The notes under the pieces were generated by a model. That model searched no databases. It was not told the DNA's origin and saw only the letters and a program-made list of their open reading frames with translations. Shown here in pieces: positions 26,089 through 36,749 of a stretch of 64,000 bases of DNA (the stretch's first letter is position 1; each line of letters begins with the position of its first letter). Both the position numbers and the translations under genes were made by a program. This stretch comes from Vicugna vicugna (taxonomy: Eukaryota): contig MU061560.1 in assembly GCA_013265495.1 (NCBI GenBank), positions 372,001 to 436,000 of the forward strand, in the 5' to 3' direction.

Positions 26089-28426
26089 CAATAATGGGTA
26101 CAAATGTGATATACAAATACTGGTCAGAGGAATGACTGTATTTTCGTATTTCCTTGCCAAAAAAAAAGTGTTTTATGGAATGCGACCCCCTAAGACTAAT
26201 AAATTTATGTTTATATTCTGGACTTGCCCACTTCATGAGTTTCTATAGAAAGCATGTGGTGTCTTAGTACATTAATAGCAAATGCTAATTAAATATCCAA
26301 AGTAGTCAATAACATATGGAAAGCTTCTTGAGTATTTAGCATCTTACAGTTGTGTTTCCTGGTCAGAAAAGAGGTGAGTAGTGGTATGGAACTGCATTCC
26401 ATTTTTCTATGCTCTAATTGTCCTGATAGACAATGAGATAGTTCAGTAACATTTACATATGAGATGTTTAATAAAACAAATAACCAAACTACTACAACAA
26501 AAACTAAATTAAAACAAAAACAAAAACAAAAACATGACGTCGGTAGCAGAAAGACAGTGAAGATCTGTCCACCTGGGATAAAGAAAGCTTTTTCAAACTT
26601 CCTATACGTGCCGGATTTAAGTAAATGTCCCAAATATTCTACTCACTCACTCATTCAGTCATAGAGGTGGTACATCCTTTGAGATGAAACATTTCAGTAT
26701 TGGTCAGCATTGTTTTGATCTAATGAGCTAAAAATAAGGGATGTAGACAGTTAAGGTGATTGCCAAAATGGAAAACTTCAAACTATCATTCCCTTATCAT
26801 CAGAACGAAGCCCTAGCCCTTTACCACGGCACAGACGGTCCTTACTGATCTGATCCTTCTTTCTCTCCAGCTTCATCTCTCTCTCCTCATGCCCGGTAAG
26901 TGCAACTTTTCCTCTGTTTCTCCTCACTATCTCTCCCCTGCCCCTCTTCCCCTTTCTCCCTTGTATGTCCTGCTCCTTACACTGGGGTAACTCTTTATCC
27001 CCTCCACCAGGCCAACTCCTCATCTTTCGGGGCTCCCTTAATTTTGACTTCCTCTAGGAAACTTCTGATAGGCCAGGTTCAAGTTGGGTGCATGGAACTA
27101 TCGGCTCCATGATGCCATGGACCGTGTTCTTTAAAAGTAACTGCTTTCTTTCCAGTTTCCAAATTATTTCAAAAAGATGTTGACTGACCACCTCCTTTCA
27201 AGGAGCAATAGTTTTCAATTTAAGTACAAGGCCAAATTTGTGCCATGGCAGTTTCAGGTGACAGCTCAAATTTGTGCAAATCTTCTACAAGGTGTGTATA
27301 TATGTATTTGCTTACAAAGGTCATTCATATATGTAGTAAGTGGTCAAAATATAGACATAGAAATTATATTAACATGTTATAAATTATGCACATATATATG
27401 ACTTCACATATATATAAAATTTAATTAATATCTCAACTTCTATCAACTCAAAATATCACACTGTTTACTAAGTTCTTGTTGAAATAAACATATTCGTGCT
27501 TGCTAGCAACCAAATATGTCAAAAGAAGGGAATTTTAAGCTAAAAGCAACCCAACTCTATTTAGTTAATTGCATAGCTATAAGAAAGTGTGCCATGAACT
27601 GTATATACAGCTAACTGAACACCCCATGCCGTAGGTAAAAAACGAAACAGGCAGTGGGAAAGGTAATTTCATGTTTGTTCAACTTTCATGACTCATATGC
27701 CGGGGGTTCCTCCCATTATAGAACATTAGCAGAGTTAACAGAACTTGATGATATTATAAATTAATCTCTTTCTCTCCCACTCTCCATTGAAATTCAGAAT
27801 AATATTTCTATAATCCATGGGCCCCAGAGAATTCAAAAGGAATCAGACAAATTACTTTAAAAATTTAAATTAGGATGTGAATTATACTTCAATTTAATAC
27901 ATCCATCTGTGCATATACTTTGGGTATGTCTTGGTGTAAAGGAAAGAGAGAAGGCACATTATCTGTACGGTGACTCCTGTCTGCACACGGTTGTCTGCAT
28001 TACTTCACAGTTAAGGAATTAGGGGTAAGGCTGTGGGTTTGTTCAACAGAAGTGTTAATCCAGCTGTGTTCAGAAAAGAACAGTTAATGTTGTTTTCAAA
28101 CATATTACTTAAGAAAAATTATTTCGGAGATCAGAAATTATCCCTCTCATCTCTGGAGTTTCAAAGTGCTGTCTTTTTATTATATCACTTACTACATTTG
28201 TATTGTTATTATGGTTCTAACTGCAGACTGCTAGTTCCTTAAGAGTAGGAATCCAGTCTTCCTAATATTGTATCTTCTGCAGCCCTCAATATGGTGATGT
28301 ATGCAACTTGGAGCTCAATAAAATGTATGAAATGAATGAATATGCTACCAAATATAAGTAAACAAGTAAGTAAGTAAATAAATAAATGTATTACCTTTTT
28401 CAATTGGGCCTTCATGTCTTCTGTAC

Positions 28427-28905
28427 TGTGAGCAACAACATAAAAAAAACAAAGAGCATCACTCATCAACTGGTTATACAAAGGTTAGGTTGCAACCCAC
28501 TGCAGTCGCCCACCGACAGTGCACCCTGAGATGAATTCAGGATGAAAAGCAGGATGAAGCCCTCTGTGCTTTGGATAAACAGGCCTTAGATAGTTAGATG
28601 CATCTCTCAGGAAGAATTTCAATGACGCCAGATTCCTGCATCTTTCCACCCACAGAAAAAGCACTGAAGTCATTACCTTGAGATGCCTGTCCTTTGTGAC
28701 TAGCAGTAATCTTTTACCAAGATGTATGCTTGACTACACTGTTTCCTAGGCAAAAAATTCCTATGTATACTGGCTCCTCCCCTCCCTCTTTGGAGCAGTT
28801 TACTCAGAGGTACTGAGAGGCTGTCTCCTGGGCTACAGTCCTCAGTAAGACCCTGAATAAAACTCAAAACTCACAGCTCTCATGTTATGGGTTTTTAAGT
28901 CAACA
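28427..28905 (+). mobile_element. ERV1-like solo LTR
   Basis: It has TG...CA ends, a near-TSD gtac/gttc, AATAAA at ~28856 and the ERV1-like U5 motif gaggctgtctcctgggctacagtcctcagtaag. Confidence 0.7.
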
Positions 28906-31572
28906 GTTCGTCAACCCCCTAATGCTTTTACATAAAGTCAGCATGATTCATGCCTTTTAGAGAGCTTTCTTACTTTAATATATAAACCCCTACCCAGTGA
29001 CAGCATCGAAGTAAAAAAACTAACACATTTATAATCCATTTACTGAGGAAATAACACAATTTATTATTAAAGCAAGAGAAAAATTTTCTTTTTCTAGTGA
29101 GATTAAAATGAGAGTGAATCTGCTGCGAAGTGTTGATTTCTTCTAAATTCTAGTCCTGGAAGCGATGTGACATCAGTAGTTAAAGCAGTTTATTGATGTA
29201 CAATTTTTCTCCTGAGTACAGGTTTTTGGTTTTATCTTGTTAATTAGGGACTAGATCAATCTGAGACTGGTTATGTTGTTCAAATTACACTGAATGTTTG
29301 TTGAAAACATTTTAATTAGAACTCAAAGACATAGCAACATACACATTATTTTTGCTACACTGGCAAGTATACAGATAAAACTGAAGGAACATGAATTAGT
29401 CATAATCTCCCTATGCATTTTCTAGCCTGGTGTTGTACGCTAATTCTTGGGGAAGGGAGGATTCTGGGCTGCCAGCTCCTCTCCATATAGTGGTTCCACC
29501 ATGATCTGGGCCTCAGGGTCTTCCACTGGCTGCTCAGGCACTCCAGCCAGCAGCTGGAGAAGAGGAGTCAAATTTCATGGCCAGGGTGCAGAAGCCAGGC
29601 CTGAAGGTGACACATATTACTTCTGCCCACAAATTCTGAAGAATTCAGTTCCATGGCTCCATCTAACTGCGAGGGAAGATTTAAATCAGTCTCCTTGTAT
29701 GCCCAAGGGAAATGATACAGGGTTTAGTCAGCATTCAGTCCTGGCTCAGCCACAGAGACGTGGAGTATAAGCACCTGCGTGCATCTCTGTATTTTAGAAC
29801 CCAGCACAGTTCTCATTCAATACGTGTTGATGAATTACTAGTAAACTTTCTACTGGCTATATAAGCAAATAAAATGATGTATAATGACTATAGGTACAAG
29901 ATGATATTCAATATTGTGTTCTACTCTAACCTAAGTTAACTTGACATCAAATAAAGTGCTGTTGACTCCTTCCATTAGTGTTGCAAAAACACAGTCATCA
30001 AGGGCAAAGTCCCTCAGAAATGGCTTCTATCAGAAAATGATAAGCAGCATAAAACTGATAGAGGAGATACCAGATGATGTGTGTTATACAACGTCCCACC
30101 TGACAATATTGCCACCCACCCACGTGAACCAGTTACGTTAGGTAATGTGAACAACGTGAGCCAAGAAAGAAACAGCAACATGTATAGCGCGAACAAGTCA
30201 AAATATCCAAATGAGGAAGCGTTAAACTGCTGTCCCAAAGACTTGTGGTAAGACACTTTTTTGTCCCCTACAGGTATGTTTACTGCAGTTCTCTGCAGAA
30301 AGAATAAGCATTTACTGAGATAGTTATTCTGGGGGGCTGGGAGTAATGTGGGAGCACATAAGGGGGTTCCTTTGAGTTTCACCAGTAACCAGTTCTCTAA
30401 GAGAGAAAGTTGTCAGCATCTTACTTAAAAATAGGTTAAGCTACTTGCTGATACAGTATTATTGTCTGCAACATCACCTTTTAATTGAACCAAATAAATT
30501 ATGCCCCAATTAAATTATGGTTAACTCATGTATATGGAGGTAAAGCACCTTTCAGCATTAATTTATGTTTGAAACTACTTGTTTAAATTATTTCCAATAC
30601 CGTGTAGCACAGCAGACAAGACTCCAGTTTACAGAGAAAGAGAAACGATAATTAGGTACAATACAGTGATACAGGGATAACAAATCCAGAGAGAGCAAAA
30701 GCTCCTTTTAACAAGGTTTGAAAGGATGCATTAAAAATTAGGGGAGGGGGTTACTTCCTTTTCCTTAGGGGTATATTTATTGGAGTAAAACCCAAGGAGA
30801 CTGAGACAGTTGAACTGCCTCCTAAAAAGTTTCTTGAGGAGGACTGGGTTAAGGGTTACACTTCAGGGAGCTGGAGGAGACATTACCCTGGTGAAGGACC
30901 ATCTGATTAAATGTGGGGTGACTTCCAAGGTGGGAGTGATGGTTGGGGAACCCTCTGCTTGAGCTGAGGTACTTGGAACGTTTTCCTCTCCTAGCTCTGT
31001 GATTTTGGAATACAGCTTCATCATTACAGAGAGTAGTGAATCTTAAAATTCAGGAAAGCAAACCAGTTTAAAATGTGTTTTCTTCAATTTGGTATTTAGC
31101 CAAAGTTTTTAAAAATGATTTGACAAATTAAAAGGACTTCAAAGTGCATTATTAATAAAGTCCTGAAAGTGTTCGTGGTGATGGAGGGTCTGATGCTGTT
31201 CCGGAAACCTTTCTCTTTTACATCTAGTCACCTCTTCATCGTTCTCTGGCTCCACGCTCCTGGGAAGTTTTCTCTGGTTCAGTGAGATAAGGACAGACTT
31301 TGGGGCAGGGCCTCGGATAAGCATTCCAGCTCTGCAGTACTACGTGACACACTGAAGATTCCGCATCTTGGTTTCCTCATCTCAAATACTTGACTGGGTG
31401 GCTCCACGACACAGGGATCATTATCAAGGACTCATCAGAGGCTGGAGGCACCAAGTGTGACGCTTGCCGCGTCGGTCTGCGAGAATGGCAAACCCTGTAC
31501 AGACTCCGGAGTAGCTGTAATTATTTTCTTCTTTCCTTCCGAATCTAGAACGTGGCCCGCGGGTGAACGCTC

Positions 31573-31737
31573 CCAGGTGTGGTGGCGCAGGTGAGCGAGC
31601 GCCCCAGGTGCGGTGGCGCAGGAGAGCGAGCGCCTCCAGGTGCGGTGGCGCAGGTGAGCGAGCGCCCCAGGTGCGGTGGCGCAGGTGAGCGAGCGCCTCC
31701 AGGTGCGGTGGCGCAGGTGAGCGAGCGCCCCAGGTGC
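31573..31737. repeat. GC-rich minisatellite with alternating 31/32-bp units (at least 5.25 copies, truncated by the gap)
   Basis: The unit ccaggtgcggtggcgcaggtgagcgagcgcc(t) starts at 31573, 31604, 31636, 31667, 31699 and 31730. Confidence 0.95.
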
Positions 31738-31846
31738 NNNNNNNNNNNNNNNNNNNNNNNNNNNNNNNNNNNNNNNNNNNNNNNNNNNNNNNNNNNNNNN
31801 NNNNNNNNNNNNNNNNNNNNNNNNNNNNNNNNNNNNNNNNNNNNNN
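31738..31846. other. Assembly gap (109 N)
   Basis: A run of N between the minisatellite and a (GGC)-rich tract. Confidence 1.
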
Positions 31847-32303
31847 GGAGGCGGCGGCGACGGCGGCAGCGACGGCGGCAGCGGCCCCCACAGGCCGAAC
31901 TGTTCTGCGCTCCCCACGGCCCGCCCCCGGGGGCCGGCCGGCGATTGGTCCGGAGAGGAGTGGGTGGCCTTGGCCCCGGCCGGCCGCTGCAGTGGCGGCG
32001 TCAGGTGGGAGCGCGAGCCGCAGAGACCCGGGCGTGGCGGCTGCTGCACTGGGAGTCGGAGCCCGGCTCTCGGCGCGGCCCTGGGCGCCCCAGGAAGGAA
32101 GGGACGGGGACGCAGTCGCCGAGGAGACACCGGGGCAGAGGGGCGCCGAGCAGCCGGGAGTCGCCCCTCTCCAGGCGCGGAGAGCCTGGGGCATGCAGGC
32201 GACGCCGCCGGGGGTCCCGCCGCCCCTGAGGAGCCCGCAGGGCGCGCGCTTGCAGCCGGACGAGGGCGGGAGAGGACGCGCAGCGGCGAGCGAGCGCGGC
32301 AGG

Positions 32304-32469
32304 ATGAGCGGCGAGGGCGACTACAACTTCAGGAGGGTGGCGATCCGGAGAAAGTCCAACCCCTCCTACCTGCCGCCCGGGACCCCCCGGCCCTGGAGTC
32401 GGCCCCCGTCGCACCTGGGATGGGCCGAGAAGGCCACCTTCCGGAGCCAGGCACCCGCAGGCGCCCTAG
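32304..32469 (+). CDS. FGD4: FGD4 (frabin, Cdc42 GEF) long-isoform first coding exon
   Basis: The ATG is in ggcaggATGa context. The 166 nt encode MSGEGDYNFRRVAIRRKSNPSYLPPGTPRPWSRPPSHLGWAEKATFRSQAPAGAL(G) and end at a strong donor TAG|gtaagt. NFRRVAIRRKSNPSY..TPRPWSRP.SHLG matches the recalled FGD4 long N-terminus, and FGD4 lies downstream of BICD1 in mammals. No further FGD4 coding exon was recognised in the window. Confidence 0.87.
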
Positions 32470-34664
32470 GTAAGTGCCTCGGGAGGTGGGGGGCGCCCGG
32501 GGCGTTGTCGCAGGTGCGGGACGCCACTGAAGCAGGTGCGCCCCGTCTGCCGCAGCAGCGGGAGCCAGCCGGGGACACCTTCCCAGAAGGCAGCGCCGGG
32601 CCGTCCACCCCTTTCCTTGTTTTGTCCTTTCCCCTCCATGGTCCTTGGGCGGGAGCGCGCCTGGGGCTGAACTTGTCCTGGAGGTCACTTTCCCGGGAAC
32701 TCCGGAAGTAAAGGATGACTCTTAAAAAAAAAAAGAGTTTGGTTAGGAATTAGTAAGGTCCATTTTCTAGATACTGAAGTTTAAGTCTTTTTCGCTAGAT
32801 TGCTTTCGGCAGACCTCGTGAAGGACTAGTAACAATGAAGGCGGGAGACTGGTGTCCGTCCAGGTCCGGCAGCCTTGCTGTTGGGTGACCTCGGTTGGGC
32901 CACCCTGAGTGCTCTGGGTTTCCCTTTTGGAAAAGGCTCTTGAGTGTGAAAAGCTGCAAGTCTCTCATAAGGAAACGTGTTCCTATTGTCAAGAATTTGA
33001 ATTCTTACTGCTGTTTTTGTATTGATAAATAAGATATCAATAACTCGGTATTTTGAGTTCCGAATACTCATCGAATCTTAGCTTTGGAAGAAATCTTCAA
33101 AATGATCAATCCAAATGCGTAACTATTCCTTTGCTCTTTAAAGGCGTTCGGTTCTCCCCAGGTGGGCTTGAAGCCAGGTAGAGCCCAGCAGGGATTTTTT
33201 TTTTCCTGACTTGCAAAACTTTTCTTTAAAATCCCCTCTCCCCTTTTTTTGTGCTCCTATTGTGCCATAGCCAGAGACGGCTTCTATGTAGACTAGTTAT
33301 GAGGCAAGAACCTTATTTATGTAGCAGAAATACAAATGCTTTTTATTCACTTACACTCGTTTAGTTCTGATTAAGCAAAGTTGTTACGATGGTTTAAATG
33401 TAGTAAGTTTTGGAGCTTCAAAATTTTTCTCTGTCCTTGTTATAGGGCAGAAAAGCATGGTGGATGATAAGTTCCAAATTTATAGCCACATTAGATAAGG
33501 GCAGAAATAGAGTTGGGAGAAAATATATAAACAAGTAACTGAATTACTGTGTTTTTAGGTCTCAATTTCCTTATTTTCAAAATGAAGACTCTGTTGAAAT
33601 AATCTCTGAAATCCTTTCCAAATTAGGTGTGATTCGCTCTAAAATGAATGGAAGAGTGTTTTCTTCCTTTTTGTAAGTGAAGATGCATTGCTTTGTTTTG
33701 GAGTTAGTTGTGAATTTTTAGATAGTTTGAGTTACCCAATTGCTTAATCATCAGCAGTTTTCAATTTGAGAATAAGGGGATCCAGTTTCTTTACATCATC
33801 ATTTTACTTGAAATCATGCTGAGTTTCAAACCCTTGAGTAGGTGAGCAAAAGCTAAATTGTCCTCCAAGCAGTAGGAGTGAGCAGTCTAATAAATCATTT
33901 CTACAAGGCAGCTATATAAGAGTCTTTTTCTTTTCTATTCTCTTTTCTCTTTTTTATTCAGAGAAAATCCAGAACCCTTTTTTTTTCCCCAGTGAGATTG
34001 GGAACCTAGCAATAACTTTTCAAGGTCTATTACATTGTCTCAGTATTGTTTACAAGAACTCAAAATTCTTACTACCGTATTCTCAAGGTTGAAAAATAAT
34101 TACTATATCTTCCGTAATAAAATCTGTAGTGTCTGCTGGAGAATGGTCTAAGGTTTTGACAGGTAGTCTGAAACTGCTGAGTGACCACACCCTGTTCAAT
34201 TTGGTGAGGGGAAAAACGTTTTAGAAAGTGCTTCCTTCTTTGAATTAAATCTGTGTCCCTATTAAGTCTCATCCAACAGTTTAAGATCATATAAGTAGGA
34301 TCTTCCCCTCATCAAAAAGCAACCAAGTTTAAATTCCCAAGAAGTGACAATTTACTCTAAAGTACCTAGAAAAGTAATCATGTATGAAAACTACAACATT
34401 AGGATCCATTACATGTAGTGGTTGTTACTCACAATCAAAATTACTTTCCCTCTTGAATAAGGAACAAAAACTGAGAGGTCAAGAACTTAAGAGAATTCAG
34501 TTTATGCTGTTGTGTTATATTTTATGATTGTGAAACGCATTATTTTTAGTTCTCTGGTTTTTCACGGGAAAAAAAAAAAAGAAAGGAAGAGAAAAGGAAA
34601 TCTACCAACTGCATCCTCCATGTGTATGTCTGAATGTGAATGTCCTCCTCTAGGTGAGGTAATT

Positions 34665-34860
34665 AAGACGTAGGCTGTGCAGTCATAGAGTGCCCGAGTT
34701 CAAGTTTTTCTTTCACTACCAGTTGCATAAATTGAACCAAGTCTCTTAATTTTTGAGTTTCTTCATCTGGACAATGGCGATAACAGTACTTTATAAGATT
34801 GTTGGAAAGATGCAGTAAGGTTATATAGATAAATATCTGGCACAAAGCGAGCATTCAGGG
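34665..34860 (+). mobile_element. MIR SINE
   Basis: It contains the MIR core (caagtctcttaatttttgagtttcttcatctggacaatggcgataacagtac). Boundaries are approximate. Confidence 0.6.
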
Positions 34861-35069
34861 TAGAATCATAATAAGGAGTCATTATCCATCCCTGTATCCC
34901 CAGAAGTCTGGCACTGGGACTGGCACATGGGAGACACTAAAAATACTTGCTAGATGAATTTTCGAAATATCCCTCCCCTATGATTGTCATAATTGCTACT
35001 ATTTACTGAATGCATTTCCTATACTAAGAACTCTGCTTTTTGAAACAAACATGAATACATATGTGTATG

Positions 35070-35250
35070 AATTTATTTCACATCAATTTTAATAGGTGGG
35101 TAGCATTCTGCCCACTTTCCAGCTGAAGATATTGAGGTGCAGAAAGTTTTACTAACTTGCTTGGAATTATAAACTGGTACTTGTTTAGCCAAGATTCAAA
35201 TTCAAGTGTGCCTGGCATCAAAGGCAGTGCTCTTAACCACACATCACATA
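35070..35250 (-). mobile_element. MIR SINE
   Basis: It contains the reversed MIR core (cccactttccagctgaagatattgaggtgcagaaag...taacttgc...aagattcaaattcaag). Confidence 0.6.
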
Positions 35251-35293
35251 AAGCACATAATTCCATTATGGTAAAAACACACATTTAAAGGGA

Positions 35294-35299
<6 letters not shown>

Positions 35300-35328
<29 letters not shown>
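35300..35328. repeat. (CA)n microsatellite
   Basis: Directly visible. Confidence 0.9.
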
Positions 35329-35331
<3 letters not shown>

Positions 35332-35989
35332 GGATGAAAATGTTCTTAATTTTGTCCTTTTTTTTTTTTTTGCCTAGATTTTTCTATGCCTTTTTTTTTT
35401 TCCTTTTCTTTTCCATAGTCTGAATGTCTGAAACCCTTGTGGGTGGGGAGTCTGTCTATTAAATATTTTTTCTGCTATCTTCCAAGGTAGCTTGTTCCCT
35501 CAATTATTCCTTGGTTTTATGGGAATCCTGAAGGGTCTATATTGAAGATGCCTTTCTGTAGAAAAGATTTATGTTTGTTTCTACTTCCACCCCAAGACCA
35601 CTTTGATTAGCCAAGAATTTCTCTGATTTAAAGAATGTGTAAATTTAAGTTCAGGCTTGCCAAGGGGAGATCAGCATTGTTACCATCATTAATTTTTCCA
35701 CTTAGACGTGATATGGGTCTGCAGACTACTCATCAGTTAGCTTTGATGGAAGGCAGATTTTTTCCTAGGCCATCCCTTTATCCAGGCTGTAGCTCCTTCA
35801 GTGTGGGTCCCAAGTTCAGTCCTTTCCTATCACAAGCTCAAAGCCCAGGTCTCCCCTTCTGCTGCAAGACCTTCAGTTCCTGGCCTGTAGATCACCCCAT
35901 TCGAATTTAGGTTTATTGTTCATTTTAGAGAAAAATAAAAACCAAGCTGCAGTGCTGTACAACCAGCATAAGCGTCAGAGGCAGAATTT

Positions 35990-36150
35990 TATTTTTTAAA
36001 ATGTTTTTAATTTTTTTTGCAAGGTAATTGCAAAATTGCGAGGTAATTAGCTTTATTTGTTTATTTGTTTGTTTAATGGAGGTACTGGGGATTGAACCCA
36101 GAACCTCGTGCATGCTAAGCACACACTCTACCCCTGAACTATACCCTCCC
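35990..36150 (-). mobile_element. tRNA-derived SINE (Vic-type), antisense
   Basis: SINE body with TSD agaggcag(a/g)attt at 35977-35989 and 36155-36167. Confidence 0.9.
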
Positions 36151-36749
36151 TACAAGAGGCAGGATTTGAACCATGTCTCTGGCTTCAGTACTCACAAGCT
36201 CCTAACACTAGTTCTTAGGATTTCCCGGGGCTTTGGAGGCCAAGTGAAATGCGGTAACCATGTGTCATGTATGTTAGGGCTAATGTTGTTTGTAACATTA
36301 ATGAATGCATGTTATATTTACAATAATGATCTAAATCTAAGGTCATAGGTAGTTTATCTAAATATTTATAACAAAATGGTGGTGTTAATATCATTAATGA
36401 TTCTTAGAAGCTGCTTAAGACGGACTTTGAAATAGGAAAGTCCTTCAGAGGAACAGGAACCGGGGTGGGTTTTCTTACTTCTTGGAAGGCCAAGAGCAGT
36501 TTAAAGAGCCATCAGCTGTCTTTTAATGACTAGCCTTGTAAACTTGTGAGCCTAACATCACTGACAGGTGTTTATTCCGTGATCACCTATTTGTATTATT
36601 TTCCTCTACTGAGAAAAACCTAGGGTGATGGATCCAACTAGTGGCGGAGGACCTGGACTTGCTGGGGCGTGGGTTAGGGACTGGCCTGAGGCCATTACTG
36701 CTGGACTTCCCGGGCATGTGGAGTCAGTCCTGGTATAGTCAGTGTTGCA

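Larger units (their letters stand above)
31450..32710 (+). promoter_or_regulatory. FGD4: CpG island / FGD4 distal promoter
   Basis: GC and CpG density are very high. A GC box (cccgcccc ~31920-31927) and an inverted CCAAT box (attgg 31944-31948) lie upstream of the first coding exon. Confidence 0.88.

Noticed and set aside
31573..31737. CRISPR-like regular ~31-bp repeats
   Set aside because: The repeats are head-to-tail with no unique spacers and lie in a mammalian genome, so this is a minisatellite.
31424..32688. Multiple long overlapping ORFs on both strands in the CpG island
   Set aside because: These are expected from stop-codon scarcity in very GC-rich DNA, the minisatellite and the N gap. 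Only 32304-32469 has homology and a splice donor.
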